Source: Felis catus
Lineage: Eukaryota
Assembly: GCF_018350175.1 (NCBI RefSeq)
Contig: NC_058368.1
Span: 41,604,001 to 41,668,000 of the forward strand
Length of the DNA: 64,000 nucleotides
Reading direction: 5' to 3'
Position numbers and translations under genes: made by a program. Shown here in pieces: positions 24,842 to 37,105 of the stretch. Below the pieces are notes generated by a model. That model had not been told where the DNA came from. It saw only the letters and a program-made list of their open reading frames with translations, and did no database searches. How positions within the stretch are numbered: position 1 is the stretch's first letter; each line of letters begins with the position of its first letter.

Positions 24842-25652
24842 TCCCACTGGAAATACTCTAATATTTGACTCTAGTTGTGGCTCTAGTGGCATCAAGGGGT
24901 ACTTATGATGGTTCTTGAGGAGGAAAAGCATCCTTTGAAAAAAGCATCCACAAAAGGTGAGGTTATAAAAGTGTTTCCAAACAAAGCACACTCCTCTGAC
25001 ACAAAGGAAAAGCTTCTTCCATGTGCAAGGGAAGCACGAATTGACTTGTGAGTTTGACATGCCCATTCCATCTAAGGCCAAGCTAATGTCTTCAATTCCA
25101 AGCTTGGTTCCATTCTTTCCAAATCAATGCAGTGTTCACATGAGAAACTGTGTCACATGATGACATTGTGAATTCAGTTGATGTTAGTTAGCAACCTGCA
25201 CCATTATTGTTTGATTTTTCAGCAGCATCAGCTCCATGGATAAAAATATAAGAGATTCTATGAGAGCTGTCATGAAAGCTCTGATTTTCAGATCATGATT
25301 GAACTGAGGGTTAAAGGACTTGATCTTGTCATTTATTTTTTGTAAGTGCTCCAGTGCACTCAGCAGATTCCTCTCACATCACAATGCTTCTATGTATCGT
25401 GATTGCTTAACGGTCAAGTGCCACATCCACTTAGGGTCCCAAGGCACGTGCTTCAGTTGGCACTTCATCAGAATCAACCACAGGTGGTAGTCTGATTAAC
25501 TGTGATGCCACTACATGCTTTGAATTATTAGCATCTTGTGTCCCAATGGTCAGGATATCACCACCCTACTGAAGCCCATGAGCAGGACCAAACCAATCCC
25601 TAAATTTCATCTTTAAAGGTTCATCTCTTAGGGCTACTCCAAGTACTAATCC
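24842..25652 (-). mobile_element. Decayed ERVL/MaLR-type internal region (PBS-leader-gag N-terminus)
   Basis: Minus-strand peptides HVVASQLIRLPPVVDSDEVPTEARALG, LLSALEHLQKINDKIKSFNPQF and ALIWKEWNQAW resemble ERVL gag motifs in the expected order; frameshifts and stops; PBS-like attagtacttggagtagcc next to the LTR. Confidence 0.82.
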
Positions 25653-26100
25653 TGCATCAGTCAAGATCCAGTTAGGGAACAGAATCAAATACAGTAATTG
25701 GCACCGAAAAAATTTAATATAAAGAATTATTAACTAGGTAAGATTTGGTAAACAGAAAACAACTCCTAAAAAATACAGGAAGAGCAAAAATGAGGAGCAG
25801 CTGGTACATCCAAAGCCAAGGGAGAGGATGCGAGGAGGAAGAAGAGTTAGAAGAACTAACCCCCCCCCCAATCCTGGTGACCTCAACTCAGGCTGAAACT
25901 CAAACTTCATTGGAGAAGGTATGGTTGCGGACCACTGGATGACAAAATTCACAGAGGTACCGTATACCAGAGCGGCTGAGCAGAAAACTACCAACGAGGA
26001 TGCCAACTCTCTGCACTGATAAACAGAGAAGTCCCGCTGGATGTAGGCTTGCCAGATAAAATAGAGGATGTAGGGCAAAGTTTGAATGTCAGACAAATAA
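25653..26100 (-). mobile_element. ERVL-class LTR (copy 2, putative 5' LTR)
   Basis: tgcatcagtcaagatccagttagggaacagaatcaaatacagtaatt...aatttaatataaagaattattaactagg abuts the PBS-like site; right boundary uncertain. Confidence 0.65.
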
Positions 26101-27407
26101 CGAATAAAGGGTAGCATAAGTATATCTCAAATGTTGAGAAAAATTTTCATCTGAAATTCCAATTTAACTGTCTCATATCTTTATTTGCTGAATATGACAA
26201 TCTTACTTTGCAGTGATGTGAAACTCACTGGGAGGTATGCACCCTTGGGTCTCCCACACACCACTAGCAAGGGAGCTGTCCACTGGGATACTAGTGAATC
26301 TTGCTGAAGGCACGGTCCCAACAGGTGTCTCTCAAACCACTGATCATCAGAGGCAAGAAAAATAAAACACACTAGAACCAAGGGAAAAAAAACAAAAACA
26401 AAAACAAAAATCTCTTCTACTTTTCCTTCCAGACTCCTTTTAATGTCATCTAATGAACGTTGTGCTAGGTATGAAAAAAAAAATGCTGGGGGAGGGGGGT
26501 GGAAAAATTCCAATTACACAAGACATGACAAGAAAGAGTGGGTTTGGAGCTGAAAGACAAGAAAGCAGTAACTGTCATAAGTATTCAGTGTAGTTATCTA
26601 TTAAAAATACGATTTGATACCCCATTTGAACAAAATTATACAAGCAACTATTTTTAAGCTGCTTAAATCACCAGTTCTATATTTGTATATTTAACTTTGA
26701 ATCAAGTGAGCATTTGTTTTCTGTTCAAGGATTTTTACACATTATAATATTACACATTTATGTTTATCTAAAACTTTATTTCTAAGTGACACTTCTAAGT
26801 GGTGACTACAATCATAGGTGGTAGTGAATGAATCAAAGGCCTGTGTAATGAATCATTTCTTCATAACTTTGTAAATCATTACTGTAGGTATACTTAAAAA
26901 CTATTAAATTTAGAGGTTGATAGGCTGGAGAAATGAGCTAAACATAGTATTTCTCTGATTATATGAGTGGGTTTTTTCCCCCTATACTAGTGACATTTTG
27001 CAATGATAGAGTTTCAGTAAACTGCTATTAGATGCATTTTTCTGGGGTAGAAAAATAGCAACTGCTAATTTTGGTTGGATAGAAAGGCCTACAATTATAT
27101 TCCCTTCCACCAGTAAAGCTATTGAAGATTTCCATGTTGTACAACGAGTTGTAGTAGCTTGTTTTTACTGTGTTTATGTGTCAAACCCATTGTGTCGTTC
27201 TGCTATGTAGAGAGATGTGATTAAGATATTTCCCCCTCACATCAGGTGGAAAGTGAGGCATTTGAGAATTTTATTTCAATTAACTTTGAAATGAACTGAA
27301 GAAATGAATGAATTTGGATTTTATTTTTCAGCATTTAGGCAGACTAAATGTCCTGAATACCCTCCTACATACATGCCAAAAAGACGTTGTTTAAAAACTA
27401 TAACTGA

Positions 27408-27644
27408 GGGGTGCCTGGGTGGCTCAGTCGGTTAAGCGGCCGACTTCAGCTCAGGTCATGATCTCACGGTCTATGAGTTCGAGCCCTGCGTTGGGCTCTG
27501 TGCTGACAGCTCAGAGCCTGGAGCCTGTTTCAGATTCTGTGTCTCCCTCTCTCTGACCCTCCCCCATTCATGCTCTGTCTCTCTCTGTCTCAAAAATAAA
27601 TAAACGTTAAAAAAAAATTAAAAAAAACAAAACAAAAAAAACCC
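27408..27644 (+). mobile_element. Can-SINE (SINEC_Fc type)
   Basis: TSD ctataactga at 27398-27407 and 27645-27654. Confidence 0.98.
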
Positions 27645-28626
27645 CTATAACTGATTATATAAGAATACCACAAAGAAGAAATTGAAACTAAAGACAACAG
27701 CTATTGGAAGGGCTGATGGGTTGGGATTGGGTGCTGCAGGCTCAATGACTAAACTTTTTGGTTTTTAACAGCCACACGAAAGGTAAGTGTTGGGCCCTCA
27801 GATGGTGGGTAACTGAAATTCAGAACATTTAAAAGATTACATCATCATTTATTTGGACATTCAAAAGACTTCACTATCATTGAACAGATAGGATTGAAAA
27901 CAATAAATCTTTTATAGCTGGAAAACAAAGAAACTCATCCGTCTTTGCAGGGATTAATGCAGAAATGAAAATAGTTTTCCTGAGAATTTAAAAATATGAT
28001 TATGACTTCATATGAGACTAAATATTTTCCCTCTTGCATTATCCAGGACATCCAATCCAGTAGATTAGTATAAAAAACAGTCTCAAGTGGGGCCAAAAGT
28101 GATGGAAACATGGCAAAAGTGTTCTAAAAGAACAACATTTAATTTAGATTAGAGAGAATTCCTACAGATAAAGTCTCTGTGAATGGGAATTCACAAACCC
28201 AAATGACACAATGCTTGTGCAGTCTTCCAAGAACAAGACCATAGACACAACAAGCAATATTTCTATGTAATAAAATTATTAGATACAGACTTTTAAATGA
28301 TGACTAAAGTATATAAAGTTATAAAACATTCTGAAAATGAATAAACAAGGCTGAAAATGAACAAAATACATTTTGCAAATAAAATATATACTAAAAAACA
28401 ATAAAGCAAATTAACAAATTCTGTGTTAAATAGCAAAATAGATAAGTAGTGAATTAATGAGATAGAACATATACCTGGGAAATTACAGAAAATAAAAGCA
28501 TAGAAACCCACAGAGAGAAAAAACATGAAAGAGCAATTAAGAGACATAGTGACAGAATAATAAGGTCATATATATATGGAGTAAAAGTTCAAAAAAAAAA
28601 GAGATCATTAAAAAATCGAAGGGTGA

Positions 28627-28848
28627 GGGGTGCCTGCATGGCTCAGTTGGTTGAGCATCCAACTCTTGGTTTTGGCTTAGGGCATGATCTCACAGTTCGT
28701 GAGTTCGAGCCCCACACTGGGCTCCACGCTGACAGTGCGGAGCCTGCTTGGGGTTCTGTGTCTCCCTCACTTTCTGCCCATTCCCACCTCATGCTCTCAC
28801 TCTCTTTCTCAAAAATAAATAAATAAATGAATAAAAACATTTTGAAAA
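28627..28848 (+). mobile_element. Can-SINE (intermediate age)
   Basis: ggggtgcctgcatggctcag head, gagttcgagcccc B-box, A tail. Confidence 0.96.
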
Positions 28849-29445
28849 AGTGACTGAAATCCTGATTCCACAAATTTAAGAATAAACATATTTTCAAGCC
28901 TACATGGGACATATACAAATATTTTTAAATGAAAATATACTAAATGTAACAAAAATTACTCTCTACAAATAACAGAGAAAGGATATAATCCAGAGAATGT
29001 TTCCTAATCATAATATAAATAAGTTATAATTCCATGTTCAAAACTAACTTTTAAAAGACCCATACTTTAAAGTTTGGAAGTTTTTAAATGAGTATATAAA
29101 TAACTTATAGGTCAAAAATTAAGTCATAATGGATACAAATTTAGAACCAATTTGTAATCAAAGTTGCATACCAAAATTTGTTGACTAAGCTGAAGTAGTA
29201 TTTAGAGGAGAAACTTTAGTTCCACAAGGTTACATTAAGGGGAAAAGCCTGAGAATGAATGCGGTTACAGCACAACATGAGAAATTAGAAGAGGAACTGA
29301 AGAACTATCTTAAGACAGTAGAAGGAAGGAATCAACATAAAACTACAATGGAAAACAAAAATATAAACAGTTTGGACCAATAAAACCAACAGCTTATTTT
29401 TTTAAAGACTTAAAAAATGCATAGATTGAAAGTATGAAAATCAAT

Positions 29446-29605
29446 ACCAGGATTGAAATCTACAAATGTATCTTTTCTTACATTTTAACATGTCTGAAAT
29501 CAGGATGCTTTACAATTGATAAAATGTCATAGTTTAATTGATGCAGTTTTTCTTTCCTTAAAGGAACATAAATGTATGCATCTTATAAATGACTAAATAA
29601 AATAT
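29446..29605 (+). mobile_element. MER104-like TcMar-Tc2 relic
   Basis: cattttaacatgtctgaaatcaggatgctttacaattgat...tgtcatagtttaattg...tttttctttcctta. Confidence 0.7.
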
Positions 29606-29735
29606 TATTATAAGGGAGCACCATGAGCAATTTTGTCAAGCAATTTGACAATTGAGACAAAATTTATTTATTTATAAAAATGTAACTTAATTAACACAAA
29701 AGGTAGAAAAATTAGATATACATATTGTAAAACAT

Positions 29736-30190
29736 GCTTTAGCCTGGGTTTTCTTAGAACCAAACATAAAACTTTGCATGTGGTACTTGCCATGGAGCAG
29801 AAGTACAGGACAGGTGGAATGAAACTGGAGAAGGGGAATGGCCAATGTTAGAATTTATCAAATTGTCCTCAACTCTAGGTAAATACTGTTGGATTTAAGA
29901 AGATATGTCTCAGAACTCTTTACCCAGGAAAAGCAAGGGGGACAGATATCCATTTGCTCTCATTCTTCCTTGGTCAATTATAGCCCAAGGGTAATCAATT
30001 TCTTGATATTTCCAGGTTGTGCATGAATGACTGAAGAGTGACTCTGAAGGCTGTGACTCTGAAGGCGGACTCATGGTAGAAAATAAAGGGTACACGGAGT
30101 GGCTCAGGTGATGGGTTGCCCAATTGTCCTTGCATAGCAACTCAGTATCTGCACAGAAACGGTTATGTAGCTGCAATAAGATTGGGAGAA
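29736..30190 (-). mobile_element. ERVL LTR, LTR16-like
   Basis: tgctttagcctgggttttcttaga...atatccatttgctctcattcttccttggtcaa...ttccaggttgtgcatg. Confidence 0.55.
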
Positions 30191-30508
30191 TTTTGAGGTG
30201 GTGGAGAAACAATCAAAGCAACTAGTTATAAATTTACTAACCAAAACAAACCCACATAACTCATGCTAGAGCTTTCCAATTTCATGTAATCTATTCCAAG
30301 ATACAGAAAAATTCAAATTATAAAGTTTGAAATGTCTTGATAGCAATATTGATAAGCAGAGAGTATAAATATACACAAATATAGACGCCAAATCCTGCTT
30401 ACAATGTTAGCAATTTGAATCCATCAACTTATATTTACAAAGCAAAATACCACTATTACTGTTTGATTTATACTCATATTAACATATTTTTAAAATATGA
30501 TCATTATA

Positions 30509-30730
30509 GGGGTGCTTGGGTGGCCCAGTTGATTAAGCATCCAACTTCTGCTCAGGTCATGATCTCACAATTTATGAGTTCAAGCCCCATGTTTGGCTCT
30601 GCATTAACAACTCAGAGCCTGGAGCCTGCTTCAGATTCTGTGTCTCCCTCTTTCTCTGCCCCTCCCCTGCTTGTGTTCTCTCTTTGTCTCTCTTTCTCTT
30701 TCTGTAAATAAACAAAACATTAAAAAAAAT
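30509..30730 (+). mobile_element. Can-SINE (SINEC_Fc type)
   Basis: TSD aaa(a/g)tatgatcattata at 30492-30508 and 30731-30747. Confidence 0.97.
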
Positions 30731-31129
30731 AAAGTATGATCATTATAATAGAGGCAGTTTTCAAATGATGATATTTCAGTATCTGAAATAAAAAGAAAAA
30801 CTGAATTCATTGCTTACTTTAAGAAGGAAGATCTATACTAGTCAGTCACAGCCTTCCAAAATAGAGGAGAATGCCAATGTTTTGGATCAGAGGAATTTAG
30901 GAGTTGGTGGACTTTTAGAGGTGAGTGTGGTGGATGTCATCACTTGGTAAAGCTTGATTACTCAGAGGTGAATTGGTTGATTGATTATCAGAAGTAAGTC
31001 TATTTGAATAAATCTTTACCTGATTGGCTGACTTTCAGAAGTCAAGGGTTGACACTAATTGGTTGGCCTGGAAAAATATTCTTATTTGTGCACATTGTTG
31101 ATAAATCCAATTCTGGTGTCTGCAGACCA

Positions 31130-31130
<1 letters not shown>

Positions 31131-31163
<33 letters not shown>
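31131..31163. repeat. (TG)n microsatellite
   Basis: Seen directly. Confidence 0.97.
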
Positions 31164-31166
<3 letters not shown>

Positions 31167-31199
31167 ATTTAAATTTAAATTTTAATTTGTGAGCATGTC

Positions 31200-31870
31200 A
31201 AAATATTTAATGATGTTCATGATAAAATGCCTTGCTGACTCTAAATTGCTTGGAATTTCCTTAACTGACTAAGACATTATCTATCAAAACACCTTTAAAA
31301 TATCATACATAGTGATATAACGATAGGTACATTCTCTGTTAAAAGGAACAAAACAAAATGTCCATTAACATAACTAATTTTCAAAATTTTATTCGTGGTG
31401 CTGGCCCACACTATATGGCAAGAAAATAGAATTTATGATGATCTGACAAAAAGAAAATGGCATTATTCTCAGACAGCACATATATATGTATATATGTATA
31501 TATGTATATGTATACACACTTTAAAAAATCCAAGATCTGCAAAAGATTGTAAGAGTAACTTTACAGAATTCGCTGAGCATTTACATATAAGCAAAAACAA
31601 TTTAAGGGGCGCCTGGGTGGCACAGTCGGTTAAGCGTCCGACTTCAGCCAGGTCACGATCTCACGGTCCGTGAGTTCGAGCCTCGCGTCAGACTCTGGGC
31701 TGATGGCTCGGAGCCTGGAGCCTGTTTCTGATTCTGTGTCTCCCTCTCTCTCTCTCTGCCCCTCCCCCATTCATGCTCTGTCTCTCTCTGTCCCAAAAAA
31801 TAAACGTTGAAAAATAAATAAATAAATAAATAAAAACAATTTAATATATTTTTATAGTAGCAATAGATAT
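31200..31870 (+). mobile_element. Decayed L1M ORF2 (RT region) fragment, split by a SINE
   Basis: ttcatgataaaa...ggaatttccttaactgactaag...atctatcaaaacacct...ggaacaaaacaaaatgtcca...ggcaagaaaatagaa. Confidence 0.6.
31606..31831 (+). mobile_element. Can-SINE, young subtype
   Basis: acttcagccaggtcacgatc, gggctgatggctc; perfect TSD aaaaacaatttaa at 31593-31605 and 31832-31844. Confidence 0.98.
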
Positions 31871-32419
31871 CTAGAATTTATTTTAGAGTTCTATTTAGTG
31901 GTCTCTAGAGAACTTATGGTGACATTGCCATATCTCAATCTTTGGAAGTAAAAGAGAAGCCCCAGAACATGACTAAGACATCCTATCTAGAAACAGTCTT
32001 GAAATTTTTCATGTAAGATTACTCTAATCTTAACTCTTGAGGAGTCAAGTGTGATTATTATGACATTCTCTATATTCTCAATCTCTTCTCTAGTCCTTAC
32101 CTTCAACTTCTCATTCTAAAAGAAACCTAGAATCTCTCTTCCTCCAGGGCTCTCCCCTGTACCCTTTTCTAATGGCAAGTTGAAAACATTTCAACCACTG
32201 CACTCTTCATTGCTTTGGAAATATTATTATTGTGGTTTCTAGAAGTTTACAATAGATATGGCTTTTACATTAGGGATCAGTGTTTGCTCTCTTGCCAAGT
32301 GACCAGGACAGACAGAACTATTTTAAACACAATTTACTCTGAGATGGTTCCCTAGACCACTTTAGTGATGAGAATCTGGGCTGTACATTGTTGATAGGGC
32401 TGACCAAGATTTTACTTTG

Positions 32420-32655
32420 TTTCTTCTTCTTCTCCTCCTCCTCTCCTCTTCTCTGGCCCCTTCCCCTTCCTCTGCCTCCTCCTGTCTTCCTCCCCACTTT
32501 CTCCCCCCTCTTCCCCCCCCTCCTTCTTTTCCTCCCCCTCCTTCTTTCTCCTTCTCCTCCCCTCCCCCTCCCAGTCCCCTCCCCCTCCCTCCTCCTCCCT
32601 CCTCCTCCTCCACCTCTTCTTCTTCTTCTTCTTCTTCTTCTTCTTCTTCTCTCTT
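32420..32655. repeat. Polypyrimidine/polypurine tract: (CTT)n, (CCT)n and C-runs
   Basis: About 235 bp almost purely C/T on the + strand. Confidence 0.97.
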
Positions 32656-32869
32656 AACACTGTCAAGTCAACTCTCCTTTGTAGTCTCCTGGCTAAAATA
32701 AAGGGGGCTGGTCTACTTCTGGTTCACTCTTACTCTGATCTCATCTTGATGAGAAGTATTACCAGATACTCTATATTTTAACTTTTACTTTGCAAGACCT
32801 CAAAACTAAGATACAGTTTGCAAGTTGTAGGGTCTTCATTGCCAAGGGCCATCAGATCTTCGTATTTTA

Positions 32870-33086
32870 AACCTTTTTTTTTAATGTTTATTTATTTTTG
32901 AGAGAGAGAGAAAGAGAGAGCGAGACTGGGGGAGCAGCAGAGAGAGAGGAAGACAGAGAATCCAAAGCAGGCTCCAGGCTCTGAGCTGTCAGCACAGAGT
33001 CCAACGTGGGGTCAAAGCCACAAACCACAAGATCATGACCTTAGCTGAAGTCAGATGCCCAACCGACTGAGCCACCCAGGCCCTCC
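32870..33086 (-). mobile_element. Can-SINE (SINEC_Fc type)
   Basis: Core and head present; degenerate TSD tcttc(g/a)ta(t/a)ttt. Confidence 0.95.
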
Positions 33087-33935
33087 AGGTCTTCATAATT
33101 TTTGGCTGCCTCTCCAGTTGTCATGTTTTACCCAGTAATTCTTTACTATTTTTGATCTATTTTATGCTTTTAATGCAGAACTTTTAATTAAAGTTTTTTC
33201 CCCAATAATGTCAATATAGGACCCACAAATCCATAATTGAATAACCTTATAATTATAATTATGTAGAGATATTTTGCATTTTAATATTAGAAGAATGTTA
33301 GAAATAACAATCTGAAATACTGGAATACTACCAACGGAAAGAAAAATTGAGGGTTTTCATATGTTTATCACTAAACTAATTCCTTGACAAATTTGGCCCA
33401 GCCATCTCTTTCTCAGAGGATAAAATAAAGGTTTAAAATCATGACATTCCATGAACTTTAGCCATTTCACATATGCAGGAGATTACATTTTGAGACCAAG
33501 ATTAGGTTACCTACTGGGGTTTGAAACCTGATTCTTCACTGACAATTTTCAGAAAGATTCAAACTTCTATTTCTATTCTATTTTCTATAGTTGCCACTAC
33601 CACTGAGTGGCAGCTAGTACTTAAAGGAAATTTATGAGCTAAGACTACTTATGGAGGGAGATTCACCACAGCAAATCTCTAACCTAAAGCTAGAGTTATA
33701 ATTTTCTGTTGTCATTGGGGTTTTTGAGGAGTGATGAAAAAGTGAGTTTCTCAAACTCACTTACTCTCTTCTGTCCACACATGTGCTCTCTGCCCTCCAT
33801 GTATGTAAATATATTTATATGTATTCATATAACTGCACATATATATTGCACAATCTAAAGGTTGTGAGTATATTTCATGTATAATGTGTGAGTATGTGTA
33901 TGTTACATACATAACTGACTCCATGTGAGTATATA

Positions 33936-34452
33936 TGTAAACCAGTTATATATTTTTGTATAATGAATTACACCAAAATCCAGCGTCTTAAAGTTACAAG
34001 TTATTATTATATCTCCTAGGATTATGTATCAGCCAGGCAACTTTCCTGATCTTATCCAGGCTTGGCTGATTTTGTCTGTGTTTGCTTCTGTTTCTGCCAT
34101 CAGCTGGTAGTTCACTTGGAGGCTCACTGACCTGGTGATCAACTGACTGTTGTCAGGCATACCTGGCATGGTTCATGTGTCTCCAATTATCCAGAAGATT
34201 ATATTGTATCTGTTCACATGATAGTATCACGGTTCCAAAAGAGAAAACCTACAAAGCCACTAGAGGCCTAGACTTGGAACTAGTGCAAGGCCACTCTCCA
34301 AAGATTCTCTTGGCAAAAGCAAGTATCAAGGGTATCCCAAATGGGAAAACAGATTCCCTTTTTGTTGAGAGGAGCAGCAAAGTCATATTGCAAAGCATAT
34401 GAACACAGGAAAGATTGATGAACTGGTACCATTTTGTAGTCAATCAACCTCA
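33936..34452 (-). mobile_element. MaLR LTR (MLT1H-like)
   Basis: gcttggctgat...tctgccatcagctgg...gaggcctagacttggaact...ggcaaaagcaagt...gaggagcagcaaagtcatattgcaaag. Confidence 0.82.
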
Positions 34453-35228
34453 GCAAGATTATTCACTTAATTTTCATAATTATGTGTATTTATATGTTTC
34501 AAAGAGATTGATAAGTTGAATTCTATGTAACTCTTTGCATATAGCCCCATAATATCTACTTAGTCCATGAATATTGATGATGTTAACGTAAGTGTGAGAA
34601 GTGTCATGAACAAAATGTAATTTGCCAGACCAGGCTACAGAATTTGTGAATCCACACCTTTTCTGCATTTCTATCATGGTGATGACCACTCTCTTATAAT
34701 TTACTGATCGATCCATTTATCTACTTATTCATTAAACAAGGGGTTCCTTGGTGCTTACTATATTCTAGGAACAGCATCGTATGAAAGCAACAGTCAAAGA
34801 AAAATAAGAGTAAAGGTAAGCAAAATTGAATAAAATAGGGTAATCACTGGAATACGAAAAGTGCAGATTTCAACGGAACACATAGAAGCTACTGACTAAA
34901 TACCTTCAGGGCAGTATAAAACATTTCTTTAAAGATGTGACACTTTTACTCTCAAGTAAGACTTCAAAGAAAAAGAGCAATAACAATCAATAAAAAAAAT
35001 GGACTTATATACTTTAGCAATATGTCTGCTTTTAAAAACAAATTTCCTTATACTCTCATCATTTTATCATATGCTTAATAGTTACAAACTGCATATTTTC
35101 ATGTATATACATATAGATATGTGTATAGATGAAATAAATGAAAAACAATCTTACTACCACAGTATCAACACATATTTCACATTACTAAAAGTAGCTAATG
35201 GACAATTATACCTATGGACAATATAATA

Positions 35229-35423
35229 TGCTAGGTGCTTTATGTGAATCATCTTACTTAATTCTTTATCCTATGGAGTATTACTTTAATATCCATTTTA
35301 ACAGATGAAGACAGTTGAGATTAGCCAAGTTTAGTAACTTGTCAAAAATCACCAGCCTGTAAGAGACAGAGCTAGAATTCAAACTCAGGCTTTGAGACTG
35401 TAGAAATCTCTGATCCTACACCA
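35229..35423 (-). mobile_element. MIR SINE
   Basis: ccattttaacagatgaagacagttgag...gtaacttgtcaaaaatcac...agagctagaattcaaactcagg. Confidence 0.85.
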
Positions 35424-36874
35424 TCCAGCTTTCCAACTCTTCATCGCTAAGCTGATCATTGTGTAATTTGCAGGACTTGCTGCTTTCTGTATTTGCCCAA
35501 ACGCACAGAGAGGCAGTTCTTTTTACAAAGAAAGAAGGTTTCATCCTCACTACTCATCTTTACCCAAACCTCTGGCTTTTCTTCCTTTCTTGGCAATCAA
35601 GTTCACATTTTTCAGGGAAATAAATTATACGCATATAGAAGATTAAGCACCTAAAGAATAGGATTAGAATTGTAAATTATGCTTCATCAAAATCATGGAA
35701 AAATCCAAACAGTGAAATTTGGAATGCTTTCATATTTTATATTTTGACATCCCATTTTTTTGATAACTCAAAATTTTAACTCAGTGTATTTATTTGTTTT
35801 TTAGTCTGTCTCCCCCACTGAATTCTACATTCCGGAATCTAGGACCCTGTCTGCCTTCTTTCCTATTGCCACTGACCCACAAGAGGCACTTGATAGCAAT
35901 TTCTTGCTCTGGAATCTGACTCCTGGCAACTCTTGGCAGTGGCTCAGAGATCCAGAATCAAAGTCTGAAAAGTGAATACAGAATTAAAGAATAGCTGCTG
36001 CCAGGAGACCAAAGAGCAGGGCTAAGGAAGAGTGAGCTGCTCCAACAGTTCCCATAGGCCTTTCACTGTCTTTCATGCTGACACAGTCCAAACATACCTG
36101 CCAGGCCTGGTCAGATATTCTGTTCTTAAAGAGGCCCCTCTTGATATGGATATGACACTTCCTTTGTCTATGTCCTCAGGAAACAGAGGAGATCTGAAAG
36201 GCAGTGTGCTGTGTGAGGCTGGAAGGAATCAGAGTGGTTGATAAGATGACCTTAGGAATGCCAATTAAGCTCAGTGATTAGACACAGTGCTCTTGTGCAA
36301 AATTGCGTGCTCACACGCTCTCCCTCCCTCTCCCTCCCCCCCCCCCAGCCCCCATTTCTCTCTCTCTCTTTTGGTATCCTGAATTTACCCAGGAACTCCA
36401 TTTCCAAAAATTTTCCAGGTTGAAATATATATATGGTATGTGATATATATGATATATAATAATTTTACCATATAAAGTGTTGTGCACACTTTTTTTTTTT
36501 TTTACTACTCATTTCTTTTTGGACAAAATATATTTGAAGGGTGTTCACATACTTGAGTAGCTTTTGAATATTTTTCTTCCCCAACTAGATTCCAATACCT
36601 GTTATGAATTTACTAAGACATAGAACAGAGAAGTAAATGAGGCACTGCAAAAGCAAATACCTCTAAGGAAGTTTCAAAGACATTTAACATTTTTAATGTA
36701 AATTATATATGGCATTTATATATAATATATAAAGGTAAACATCCCCAGCATGTGGCACAACTCATGCAAACCTGTGTTTCTTCATAAAGAAATACCTATT
36801 CACAAAAAAATGACCACATATTTATAAATTTTTATTTTGCCACCCTTTGGAGTAGCAAAGGGGAAGAGAACAAA

Positions 36875-37105
36875 CCATTTATCAAGAACCTATTATACAC
36901 CGCATATTTCGCTTGCCACCTCAGAAGTGCTATGTTAGTAAATATTAACAATAATCCTATTATATTAAATCCAGAAATTGCCCCTAAGAGAGAGTGTGAA
37001 ACATGCTCCTGGTTACAAAGGTAATAAGAAGCAAAGTCAAGATTTAAATCCAGGCTTTTTTTTTTTTTTTTCTGACTCCCACATCTGAGTGCTTTTCATT
37101 TCACC
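36875..37105 (-). mobile_element. MIR SINE (decayed)
   Basis: ggttacaaaggtaataagaagcaaagtcaagatttaaatccagg...tctgactcc...gtgcttttc. Confidence 0.6.

Larger units (their letters stand above)
27330..29720 (+). mobile_element. Highly decayed L1ME-like element (5' region, ORF1 and ORF2 remnants)
   Basis: A-rich strand bias; aaacatgaaagagcaattaagagacat (ORF1-like); cataccaaaatttgttgactaagctgaagtagtatttagaggagaaacttt (ORF2-like). Confidence 0.65.

Noticed and set aside
24521..25570. Possible processed pseudogene of a cellular gene
   Set aside because: Peptides resemble ERVL gag and are flanked by PBS/LTR-like sequence; the listed ORFs here are mostly off-frame fragments
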